Of a stretch of DNA of 64,000 bases, positions 47,801 through 59,574 are shown in pieces. How positions within the stretch are numbered: position 1 is the first letter of the stretch; the number at the start of each line of letters is the position of its first letter. Under the pieces are notes generated by a model. The model saw only the letters and a program-made list of their open reading frames with translations. It did not search any database and was not told the DNA's origin. The position numbers were made by a program, and so were the translations under genes. Source of the DNA: Pavona decussata (taxonomy: Eukaryota); assembly GCA_977016875.1 (NCBI GenBank), contig CDRNST010000123.1, forward strand, positions 3,906,001-3,970,000, in the 5' to 3' direction.

Positions 47801-50765
47801 GAAATCTGCTATGCCTTCAGTGGCTTGTGGGACAACTGCCAAATGACTGTTTGAGAAATATCACAAACCATGATAGCCTTACTCCTTTAGCAGTTGCAGT
47901 AAAGGTAAGTTGAACCTCTACTAATGGATGACTGCCATAAAGATTGTTGTTTCCATTGCATTACAAGACACATCCCCTTATGTGAGTACTTAATTAGACA
48001 AGGCTTTCCTTTAAAGAAATTTCCTTAGTTGATAATTTGTAAACATTATTATTAGGTGAACACCTTTTAAACAATTTTGCACTATAAACTGGAAACTTTT
48101 CCCACAAATTCATATGAAGGGCACTTGGTACCCTGCAAGACGGAGGTTAATTCCCTTCTCTTTCTACTCGCAAGCTTATTCGTCTGTTGGGATAGCCCCT
48201 CTGCTGTGGTTCACGATAGTTGATGATTGCCAGCTATAAACCATTAAAATCTACAGCCAGAAAATATTTTTAGCGCTCTTTTCAAAATCGTTTCTTATTT
48301 CTATTAACACTTATGAACATTTGGAATAACTTCTACTGCTTTTCTAGTTCAGTAAACATACCAGTTCAACTGTAAAGTTGTGGTGACACAAAAAAAATAA
48401 CTATGTCTGAAATAAATATTAAGAAGCACCTCTATAAGCTCAAACAGTGCTGTTGAGTTATGCAGGATCAAGGATTATCAAGGCCTGGACATACAGTGCA
48501 GCAATACAAACACTAACATTACCTGCAACTGTTGCTCCCCGTTTCATAGCCTGCAAGTACAGTCACCTCTCATTGCACCTAGCCGCCACGCCCATAGCAG
48601 CCAGAAGCAACAAGAGGTAGCTGTATTGGTAGTCCACCATGGTGTGTACCCCCCCCCCCCCCCCAAAAAAAAAAATTGTAATCTACAACATTGCATCATG
48701 TTCTCAAGCACTTTCTTTAAAATGTTGCATATGCATGCCTGTTGGCAGAGTGGTATAATCAAGGTGGTCCAATCAACTAAAGATTCAACTTGAAGCCAAG
48801 TTGAATCTCCAGTTGATCAGACCACCTCAACTATTATATATTTTTATATATAACAAAGAACTTATTACCACTTATACTCTTGAAACTCTTGTGTTTAGCA
48901 TGGTAGTATGCAGTGTGTACAGTGGCTCCTTGAACAAACATCTGCGGCAGAGGAGATGTCCAACAATGCTAGCAGGTCTGCTCTGGTGCACTTGACAATT
49001 CAGAGTGGACAAGATGAATGTCTCAGATGTCTTTTAGCCTACATCAGGGACAAATTCTTGGAACTCGGTAAGGCAGCGTGGTATATTGTGAATCTGGGCT
49101 GTGAAGAGTCACGCAATCTACATTCGTAGTTCTGGTTACAAATCTAAAAGGAGAAAGTTGACATGTTTGATATTTGCTGTACTCGTGCAGTAAGACAGCA
49201 ATTCCCCAAGCTCTTGTTATTCGTAGACAACAGAAGTTCCAGCAAGCATATAAAATAGTTATCCTCACAATTTCAGTTGCTTTCGGACGTTTTCTGTAAC
49301 ATGATAAAATTAAGAAATTAGGGAGAAGGACTGGACCTTAGACGACTTAGACTTTCTAAAAGTCCGCTTTCTTGGGTGTCCAGTTAGGCGGAACTGCAAT
49401 CAGGCTAGACATATTACTAACATTACCCAATTCATCGACATAGTTGGTTTTTCATCTGCGGTAATTTTTCCCTTACCTGTCCAAACAGACATTAAAAATC
49501 CCACTCTGAACAGAAGTGATCTTGTGCTTTGTTTTGTTTCTTCTTCCAGATGTGACGGACTCATCTGGCGTGACACTCGCTCATGTCGCGGCCAGGGAAG
49601 GTCACATGACTTGTCTCCAGACCCTCGTCGATCACAATATTGACGTCACCGCTGAGGACAAAGATGGGCGTTCTCCCGCCGATTATGCGTACGCAGCCGG
49701 TCAAACCGGTTGTGGCCGGTATTTAGTAATGGAAGAATCTTGCTGGTTACTTTCCTTGAGAATAGCGAAGTTGCACAAAGAACTAAAAGATTGCAAAGAC
49801 GAAAATAAAGAACTCAGACAAAAGATGGAGGCAAGTGTTTGCCGTTAGTATGCGTAAAAAAATTCTCGCGTGTAGGCTAGAAGCTAAATGGGTATAACAG
49901 TGAAACTTAGTTTACATTGTAGATGCTCTACGAGCTTTAGAATCAACGCATAACGGACAATGAAAGGCCCGCGACAGGCCTTCAAAGTTAACTTGCCAAT
50001 ATGCCTGTTACTGGAAAAATCAAGCACCTTACTAGTGCAGACTGTAAATCGTTTTTGCTATTTTGCACTCACATTTTTTGCCCACCTTTTGTACACCTAT
50101 CTGCACCTGCATGGACCTGCAGCATATAGTCACAGAATTGGTCAGAATTTTGTGTTAATAATCCTTTCCTGTACCGAGTGCCACAAGACGCAATTATTAG
50201 CTTAGTATTTGGTCAATTTGTGTGAAATTTGCACAACCAAAAGATCTTGGAAAGATCTACAAATTAAAGGCATAAAATCGGGCCCCCCTCCTATATGAGA
50301 CTTGATTGACCACCCTTCAATGGTTTGGAATTTTTTCCCTTGGTATGTTAAGGGTCCAGTGTATATCTTACAACAAGCAATGCACCGAGAGCTGTACATT
50401 AAGCTATAGTTTAGGGGGAAACCCAGTATGCACAACGAACAAGACAATTTTTAAAGTTTTTCTTCTTTCGTTTTGGACTTTTCTCACTCTATGATATGTG
50501 ACCTACTCTATCTCTGTTGGTAAGATTTATAGCACACCACAGAAAACACCTTTTTATATCACATGCGGTCTCCCAGTTCATAGTTAGCGATTTAGAAAAA
50601 TTCGTCATTTCTCTCGGGAGGGAAAGGGTTAAGCGAACACAGTAAGATAAAAAGCGACGCAACTTGACGAAAAACTGCTGTGCGATAAAAAGTGATGTAG
50701 CCATAAGTTTTTGATTTTCTTTCTTTTCTTTTCACACTGACTTCGTGTTGTAATAGTTCAACTGT

Positions 50766-50804
<39 letters not shown>

Positions 50805-53800
50805 TTAAACAGGACCTTGAAAGTCGAGCGAGGTCAGGTTTACCAGACAGACCGGAAGCTGTCGGTGGAGATCAGGTACAGACTCAGGGGAAGCGAAAGA
50901 TAAACATACTAGAAACTCAACGTAAGGATAGCGATACCAAAATTACCGCACCTGGCCAATCATAACAATCGCAACTAATACAATGAACCGAATAGAACCC
51001 AAAAGAAAAAATCGCGCGTGCGGTGTAAAACCCACCAGGAAACTCGCACAAACTCCGTAAAAACAGGTGATTGGTTGGGAAAAAAATAGCCGGCTTGCTC
51101 TGATGCGTGATGCCAGTAAGAAATCTCTTCGCAGAGTTCAGCAAGCGTATGATTACTTTCGATGGTTACTCCTTAAGTTATGCTATGTGTGGGGATAAAA
51201 GTTCGGGCGTCCAAACGCTTCAAAACAACAACAATAATAAAAAGTCTAGAGAGAGAGAGAGAGAATTGGAAAGGGAAGGGAAGATGGAGAATGAAAGACG
51301 TCGTACTTGCCTGGGTCGAGTTAAATGGGTACGCTAAACTCTCACGCAAATTTTAGCGCTTTACCCTTCCATTTACTGAGTGTTTGATTAAAAAAATAGC
51401 GTCTGATTTCCATTTCTTTTGTCAAAAAAGTTCACGAGGACATGATATGAAATTTCGACTAGTCAAAGGTGCAATCAGTTTTTTTTTTTTTTTTTTTTTC
51501 AGTTTTCACGTTTATATTCTTTATGTAAATTTACTTCCCCAGAGTGACAACAGCAGCACAGGAGCCTCGAGATCTTTGGACGATAGACTGGGTACGAAAA
51601 TAACGGACAGCCCGCGTAGCGACAGAAGTCAAGTCAGCGGTTCACCCGATGGAGAAAGCCCCAAGGGATTTGGGCATGAAAGGTAAATGGAATAAAGTAT
51701 TTTTTTTTCCTTTTAAGTGGACTTTAGTGGCCAGTCTTAGCGGGTGATTTGGGTAGAAAACGTTGGGTGTTCTACTTCATGTTGAAAGAAGTGCGAGTTA
51801 AAGTTGACAAGCTTGGAAGAGTGCGTAAACATCAACTTCGTAAATAACGTAATTCACTGTTCGTCCGTCTTCGCTCTCTGATGGATCTCTGCTCATTTAC
51901 AGAGAGTACAGGTTGACAAAATTAGGCCACTACTGTTATTGGGTTTCCTGTCATACAGGTGCGTTTTTGAGGTTTTTGGAAACAATTCTTCATCAATCCT
52001 TATCTTGCTTTTCTTAATAGACCTGCCTATTCGTCAGCTCACGTGAACGGGTCAGATCACAACCCTGACCATAGACCGCCGTCGTCCAGCAGGATGATCA
52101 ATAGTAACGGCATTCCCATTGTGAACAAGGAGACTGAAGTCAAAAGTGCGCGCCAGTTTGAAGCCTTGAAGCTGCAGAGAAGATTGGGTGCTAGAGGAAG
52201 CATCGACTCCGCTGGCTCGGGTGTATCCTCTCCAATGTCTTCGTCTGATACAACTACAGATAACACGACCGTGCAGCTTGTTATGGCGTAAGTGTGGCCC
52301 CTTGACATATCATGACGTTCTATCTTACCTTAATCCCACCTATATAAATTACTTTCCCGCCAAGTGTTTCCAAAATAGACCCTTTCAATCCTACCTTATA
52401 CCACTTACGTTTCTGCAACTTCTTTCACCCTTATTACCGGGGTCTCTCTTCTTCGGGTCACGCTATTTCTTGTGTTTGTTCAGCTTTCCCGGTGCCATAG
52501 GTTTCAGTACTTTCCTACTTCCGTCTTTCAAAACAATGCGTATTTTTATTGCGTATCCCATCCCAAACCAATCTCGTACCCAGAGTCTTCAGGCTTTTTG
52601 GTCAGCGGGGCAACGCCGGGAAGACTCTGGGGACATCGAAAAAAATCAATTTTTTTGATTGGCTGTTCCGTAACGGTTGCCATTGTTTTACCGCAGAAAT
52701 CCTGCGGTAATGAAATTCGATGTCCCCAGAGTCTTCCCGGCGTTGCCCCGCTGACCAAAAAGCCTGAAGACTCTGGGTACGAGATTGATCCCAAACATTC
52801 ATAGCATCGGGGGCTTTTTAACATACTAAGGACGGTGAATTTCGTTTTCCTTTCTGAGCTTAAACGCTGTCTCCACGAATTCATTCCCTGGACAATACTG
52901 CCACGGTGCAATTTGTTGACATGATCACAAAGAAGATAAAAAAAAATTGAGTTTATTGCAGTTGTAACATACAGTTTCGTTAATTGGCGCTGCCTTTGGG
53001 ATTGCTTAAGGTTTCCACTGTTTCATAATACGCGGCATTAGAGCGGTGCTGTTGAATATTACCTTTTCGCGTTTAATTCAAGATTCCTGATCAAAAAGAG
53101 TATCATAACTGGAAGAACCATAAGGCTAAGACCGCTACGTCATATGTGACCAACGATTTCGTTTTACCCGTCCGTCATAAAGGACCTTCAGATCTGAGAA
53201 CGAGTCACAACTTTTAGATTTCGATCCAGTCACCTCCCCAAACCTCTCGCACTTTCCTGTTGCTTGTCAGTAGGTAATACGATTCTAGAAACAACGTTTG
53301 CTGTGACAAGTGGTCATCTAAAGCACGGGAACAAGGTCTGAAAAGTCGCACGCGTCCACAGACTGGTACTTGTACTCAGATCTAAAAGTTTCTAATCTTA
53401 GTTGTGATGACAACTTGTGTTCCCCTCTCAGATAATTGACGGCGGAGTAAATGCATTCTTTGTTTGGCAAAAGGCTTAATAACACAATGTGTTAAATGTG
53501 GGTTTGAAGTTTGTATTTTCTAAAAATGATGTCACTGATTACAGGAAACAGATAGCAGCCAATACGCGAAAGCTGGTCATGTCCAAGCATGCGCAAAAAG
53601 TGGAGGAATCACCGCTGATTAGAACGAAACCAACGCCAGTGGAGGGTGATGGTGTGACTTTAGATGAGCCGCGAGGAAAAGGTAACCAGCTGTTCTGTCA
53701 GCATACGCTGCATTACTTTTACTACATCACTGCTCGACACGATTTTGTTATCACTCTTGGTGACTATTATATTGTTGAACACGATGCAAGAGCCTGCTGT

Positions 53801-54995
53801 CGACCTGACCATAAGGGTTTGGGTAAAGTAGTAAAAATATAGCGACTGGTACCTTTACCCACAGAAAAGTTCTAAAAACTTCAAACCCAGCGGCCTTTGA
53901 AGGAATAATGTTTCTCAACAAAGTTTCTAATTTAACCAGATATGAAGCGCCAGGTGTGTGAATGGTTTCTGTGTCCTGGAACACTTTACAGTAAGGGTAT
54001 ACAATAAATCCTGCTTCTAGTTTAATCGTTTTCATTCTAACATTGTCTTCTTTGTCCCAATAGTCCCCAATCTCCAAGTTGTTCAACCTGATGCATATCA
54101 TTCCGCATCCTCATCTCGGTCTCATTCTCCTGCTCGGACAGACTCGACATCAGGTAGTCGTCCAACATCCGGGACTCCGAGAGAAGACTTCATTGAAATA
54201 AAGCGAGTAAAAACAGCTACAGCTAAAGACGAGAAAAGAAACGCCAGCGAGGATAGAGCGGGTACGCCGTCGAGAATGAGATCGCACGCAAACAGACGTA
54301 AAATCACGTCATTTAGCTCTGATAGCACGCTCAGTTCGGACAGTGACGTCGAGCGCAGTGGTCAGCGGAGTAATGGACCACGTCATCGCCGAGGATACCA
54401 ACCTTCGAATCGAACGAAAGAACACAACGGAAATGCTACGGTTTCGCTCCAGAGTTTGCCTAGACACTCTTCTGGCGAAGAAAGTAGGGCGAAGAAAACT
54501 GTTTCGTGGAATGAATCGCTGAGGGCGAATACTCCAACAGATGTAAATAAACAAATTTCTAATGAAAAACCGCGCACACCTCCAAAGCCACCGGTAAGGA
54601 CAGTATCGCGTGACAGTGGTGCCATACGGAATGTGTCGCGTGACGGTGGTGCCATACGGACTTTATTGCGTGACAGTGGTGCTGAAAGAACATTTTCGCC
54701 TGCTGGTACATTGTCGCGTGGCAGTGAGGGGACGATATCGCGTGACATTGTTTCTGCAAAGCCCGGTTTGCGTGACAGTAATATGTTTGGCTATGGACAT
54801 GTTGCCAGAAATCCTCCGCGTGGCGGAGTCAGCAGAAGTGTGGAAAACTTTGCTATTCCGGGTGTTGTAGCTCAACAGCCTGTCAAGCGAAATGGGGTAA
54901 GTCTACAACAACAAAAATTACAACGAAATTTAACTTTCACTTTAGAAAAGTTGGAAATTGATCAGGAGCGAATTAGGTACCTGATTCGCTCCTGA
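44823..54995 (+). CDS. SNCAIP: Synphilin-1-like ankyrin-repeat/coiled-coil protein, about 932 aa
   Basis: Phase-consistent exons 44823-44920, 45652-45787, 46442-46816, 47704-47904, 48899-49067, 49550-49830 (GC donor), 50813-50875, 51543-51682, 52021-52287, 53545-53681, 54064-54995. Ankyrin repeats (NTALHKAAEAGNLLCLQWLV, TPLAVAVKHGSMQCVQWLL, TLAHVAAREGHMTCLQTLV) are followed by CGRYLVMEESCWLLSLRIAKLHKELKD, which resembles recalled human synphilin-1 CSRYLVVVETCMSLASQVVKLTKQLKE. Long Ser/Arg-rich disordered tail. Confidence 0.8.
45907..46298 (-). mobile_element. Same MITE family (copy 2, inverted orientation)
   Basis: TSD GACAGT on both sides. Confidence 0.92.
47164..47551. mobile_element. Tc1/mariner/pogo-type MITE with TA TSD
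   Basis: TA|CAGTAATAGCCCACGTATAAGAACCTG...CAGGTTCTTATACGTGGGCTATTACTG|TA. Confidence 0.92.
50765..50806. repeat. (TTTA)n microsatellite serving as the polypyrimidine tract of a SNCAIP-like exon
   Basis: Read directly; ends just before the AG acceptor at 50811-12. Confidence 0.9.
52569..52787. mobile_element. Foldback MITE with perfect 9-bp TSD (Mutator-like), same family as 36343-36503
   Basis: CAATCTCGTACCCAGAGTCTTCAGGC...GCCTGAAGACTCTGGGTACGAGATTG; TSD ATCCCAAAC. Confidence 0.9.
54064..54995 (+). CDS. SNCAIP: Synphilin-1-like terminal coding exon (low complexity, decapeptide repeats)
   Basis: AG acceptor at 54062-63, open to TGA at 54993-95, contains ORF 54276..54995; AATAAA at about 55038 and 56101. 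Confidence 0.75.
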
Positions 54996-55219
54996 ATTGA
55001 TCTTTAAACTTACAGAACTACATGAGAGTCTAACGCAAATAAAGCTTTGTTGTTACTTGTCAAGGCGCACGTTAACCGTTGAAATTGGCTGATGTTCAGG
55101 CATGACTCTTTACGCTATATGTGTCATTTTTTTCAAACAGGGAAGTTCAGGTACTGAGCGCTTGTCATATTCCTTTGATGGATATCAACAGCAGGACAGA
55201 CCATGGTATGGAATGCAAC

Positions 55220-55440
55220 TAAAGTCCGGTTTTCACTAGGGTATAAGCATAAGCGCAAACGCCGCTTAAGCAAGTGAGAACACATGCGACATGAGAATAA
55301 GCATCAGCCAAGAACGAGAATTCCGTTGAGAAATTGTTTTCAGTGCGTGCGTCTGTCCTTATGCTTATGTAGCTAGTGTTCTCATTTGCTTATCTTTATG
55401 CTGATGCTTATGCTTAAGTTCTAGTGAAAACCAGCATTAA
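55220..55440. mobile_element. MITE in the probable 3' UTR of the SNCAIP-like gene
   Basis: GGTTTTTCACTAG...ATAAGCATAAGC / GCTTATGCTT...CTAGTGAAAACC inverted ends. Confidence 0.65.
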
Positions 55441-56911
55441 ATCGCTTTCTTATATTTAACAAGAACATTTGTACATTTTTAATTGTGGCCGAGACTACAA
55501 ACTAGCCAGACTTATTGCTTATCAGTAGCTCCGCTTACATCTGTTTCTTGGCTGTTCAAGACAGCTTGCATCGATCTAATTAGCCTGGACGTTAGTTCCG
55601 TTAACGGAAGAACGTGGTGGATTTCTTGCGTGGATCGTGCGCGCAACCGAATCTAACTTCCATTGCACGCACGAAAATGTTTTCAGAAGGGATGGATTTT
55701 ATAGAATTGACTAGCATTTTGTCAGTTTCTTTTTTGTGGCATAAAGCACCTTACTGTTTTACCTTTTCTTCTCTCTTAGGTATGAGACTGATGATTTTGA
55801 CTGACATGCACCCGTAGGACCCAAGATCCGAACGAATGGAACAAGAAGCAGCCCGTTTATGACCCTCTTCTCCCATTTTTTCAGTTCTTATCATTCCTTC
55901 ACCAGTAGCTCACGGTTTAACCGTGACAGAAATGAAAACAAAGACCGCAGCGCGGCATGTTATATGTTTTTCAATTTTAGTCTGACTGTATTAAAAAAAA
56001 TGAATACGAGTCAGTCCTTGGTGACAGAAGACTTTTACACCTGCTTGTAAATATCACAGTCCTATTAACTTATTTCCAAAATTTTAATATTTTTATTGTA
56101 AATAAAATAGAAAGTATTATTGATACCAGATTTTAGACGGTGGTGTGGTGTTCGTTTCTTCACAGCCCCTTCATTAAATGGTTTAGTATTCTTTCCTTTG
56201 ACTTAAACCAAACAACCTCATGTTGGAATGCTCAAGATATCAAATTTGGTTTACATTTTCAGCCGTCCATTTCTAGTCGGGAACAGGCTAAGAGCATACC
56301 AGCCGAGCCCCCCCCCCCCCCCCGGGGGGGGGGGGAGAAATGCCAGTGAGGATTGTTCGTTCAGCTTCACTGCAGCTTGGCGTGCATACTAACGTGATTA
56401 GTTTCATCTCTCGGGGTTTGAATCGTGCAATCCGATAGTCGCTTGAGTGGTCTTTCTATCTCAAGTTCCTGGAGTGAGAATACTATTTATTTCTTCAATA
56501 GCGTAAATAGAGAAATTTAACGAACGCATTTGGGTTCTAGGATACAGGCAAAAATTATATCAAAATGCGTTGTGAAACGGCGTTGGCTGATTTCCCGTGA
56601 ATACGAGGTGCATCACGGAGGCAAGAGGAGGCCTTTTTTATATTGAATTTTCTATTTTCCCCCATATTTCTAACTTTCCAAATACATTATAATGATTTCC
56701 ATACAAACACTTGCGCTATTGCACAACAAGGACTCTCCCACTAGGATTTTGGGATGCCTCTGTTGGACTGCTAGCCTGATTTATCCAGACCTTTCAATCT
56801 CACGTCTTCTTGTTTAAGGGAAAAAAAAGGAAAATGTTATTTCTCAAACCTGATTTGTCCAATTTTTTTTTGTTGTTGTTCACTCGTGGCATGGAGACTT
56901 CTTGGTGCATA

Positions 56912-57302
56912 AGAGGGTCTCAATGGGGTGGTGCCATTTACGGTTAACGGCTAATATTTTGGCGGTTTTTCTACAGCTAACGGTTAATTTCTCTCCCTTA
57001 CGGTTAACAGACATCTGAAAAAAAGTCAGTTGCTTTACTGAAAGTTCAAAATTAGTTTCCATTGTTGCAAAAGACATTTTTAAGGTCTCCAGGTCTCTAA
57101 CGACCTTTCCTGGATGAAAATAGAGTACATCAGCCACTAGACAAGACACAAAAACTCCTAAGAAGCGACCTTGACAATCTAAATCGTATTTTTTATGATT
57201 AACCTTTTTTATGACTAACAGTTAAAACTTTCCATTTTTTACGCCTAGCGACTAAAATGTTTGGCCATTTTACGACTAACAAATAACCCCATTGAGACCC
57301 TC
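56912..57302. mobile_element. MITE
   Basis: GAGGGTCTCAATGGGGT...ACCCCATTGAGACCCTC inverted ends; internal ACGGTTAA repeats. Confidence 0.8.
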
Positions 57303-57609
57303 GCATATGTGGCAAGACAACTAATCGGGTCCGCCGGGGGTGGATGGAATTAGCCAATATAGTTCAGTCCTCGTACGCAGTACATGCAGGGACCGCGTCG
57401 AACTGTTAAGATGAATCCCAAGAATTGTTTCTACACAAAGACTATTGGGGCAAAAACAAAACTTGGGATTAATTCATCTTAACTTATGAAGGATTCGTGA
57501 ATCTGGCCCCAGATCACTAATACACTGAGGCGAACAACTTTTGATAAGGGATGAAAAGTATCTTTAAAAGAATACGGAAGCTAACGGACAACCACGAAAC
57601 ACATAAAGT

Positions 57610-57756
57610 ATAGAGTGCTTTCATTCACGTGACTACCGGCCATATTGGTTTACTGAAACAAAAGAAAGTATTTGCATAAAAATAGAGTTCAATTCCCAGA
57701 GGTTTAGTTTGGGACACCAACATGGCCGCCGTGACGTCATGTGAAAACACTTTATA
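57610..57756. mobile_element. Small MITE
   Basis: ATAGAGTGCTTTCATTCACGTGAC...GTGACGTCATGTGAAAACACTTTAT imperfect inverted ends. Confidence 0.6.
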
Positions 57757-58001
57757 GGGCCCAGTAGTTTTCGAAATCCGATTAACGTTAATCCAGGATT
57801 AAAAGTTAACCGTGGTTTTTTCTCTCGGTCGTTAAGAAATTTGTTTAATTAAAGCTAATTTTAAGCTAATGATAAAGACAGGCTTTAATCAGAGAGGGAA
57901 AAATCATTTTGAAGAATCTTTATTGATTTAAGAATTAAGCGCGACTCAAAGTTCACATTAACCCAGGATTAGCTTAATCGGGTTTTGAACCGACTGTGCC
58001 C
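57757..58001. mobile_element. MITE (Harbinger-like), inverted relative of 16808-17048
   Basis: Shared CCGATTAACGTTAATCCA and TTAACCCAGGATTAGCTTAATCGG blocks. Confidence 0.65.
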
Positions 58002-59183
58002 TGGCGTAATTTGGTCTTACGTAATATGCAGTAGCAGGCAATCCGTACAGAAAAATGATAAGGGGTCAGTTTCACCTTACAAAGAAACCGTGGTGCTGCG
58101 TTGGTGAGATAGTGGAAACGAAATCAATATTTGATTTTATCAACTGAGCTGATAAGATACTTTCGCTACCGTAAAGAGATCAAAGAGATGACGTTTCAGG
58201 CCCGAAACTTCAGCTCTCGAATCTCTTTACGATAAAATAGTTGATAAAACCAAATAATCTAAATGATTGATAATGAAATTAAGCATGCACTAAAGCGATA
58301 AGGCTATACACGATCCAGAAACCTTCCACTGAATACATCGAACATAAGGAAGATAAAAAAGTACAATTTGCACAACAACTTGGTAATATGCGTTGACATC
58401 GAGATCAAATTAAATGCCCAAAAACCATACCCTATGGAGGAAAACGCACCTAACAACTTATATGGGAGTATCCTTCATCTTTACCTTCGAAAATAGCATA
58501 AAGGTTTTGGTTTTGAGATCGTCTACCATTTCATTTATGGCCCCCTTAGATATAGTTTATCAAAAAATTTATTGTCTTTGCAATATCGTGACTGAGTGAA
58601 AACTACGAGGATGTCAAATGCCCGCGGTGTAGACTAATATCCGACTCCGGGACGGACAATACTCCATAATGCCCCGGGGCGGCCGGACACTGGCCGGAAT
58701 TAAACTATGAGCCAAAAAAATGTTTCTAATTTTTTTGAAAATATTAATTCTAAGTAGATTATTTTAATCGTTTTTAAGTTAACTTGCAGCCGTTATCAGT
58801 TACCGTCTATATTTCAGCCGCTATGTTGTTTCAGATCTGCGTCGTGGAAATACCGACTCAGAGAAAATAGGGTGCAGGGATTGATGGAAACTAGGACAAC
58901 CCCACAGCACGGAGGATGAAGCAGTTCTCCACACAGACAAAAAGTTTATCATTAGACTGATTTTTAATTGACCACTGTAAATTCAAAACCAGTAATTACT
59001 CTGGCCGATCACAACAACCAAAAACAGCGCAATGAACTACAACCAGAACTCGAAAGCAAATCCATTTAACCGTCTCCAAGCGTGGGAAAACGCGTGCGAG
59101 CAAACGGCATGATAGGTTTTACATTTGTTTCTAGTTAGTGGACAAGCTGACTCGAGTGTTTTTAACCAGTTACAGAGTAAAGT

Positions 59184-59574
59184 CAGGGGCACCCAACGGA
59201 TCGTTTCGGTAAATTATCTGTTCGGAAGGCCCTGAATCCCCTACAATTTTCTAAAAATAATTTTCGCCTCGAACTTTCGTGATATGGCAAATTTAAGGCC
59301 TAGTGTTTTCGGATTGATAAAAATGTCGTTTCGGGTGCCGAAAAAAGGTCAGATTTAAGATTTAAGATTTAAGATTTTCGGAAAGGAAATAAGACCTAAG
59401 TTTTTTGGGAAGTGGATAAAAATGCCCTAGTAATTTCGAAAAGACTCAAGTTCCCCTAGAATGACCGAACAGATAAAAATATTATAGCGCATCTACAGAG
59501 CTTTAAAGGCACTCCAGATAGCCTAAAATAGCGTTTCAAAGGATCTGAAAGAAAACTCCCATTGGGTGCCCCTG
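59184..59574 (+). mobile_element. Same MITE family (copy 3), nested in an older repeat
   Basis: TSD TAAAGT on both sides; internal AGATTTA slippage expansion. Confidence 0.92.

Noticed and set aside
52188-52911. 100-156 aa ORFs on both strands
   Set aside because: They arise from a palindromic MITE plus intron sequence; the same peptide appears on both strands
58125-58260. Inverted repeat with GACGTTTC...GAAAC centre, possibly a collapsed Penelope pLTR pair
   Set aside because: The core is deleted or decayed, so no ribozyme can be supported
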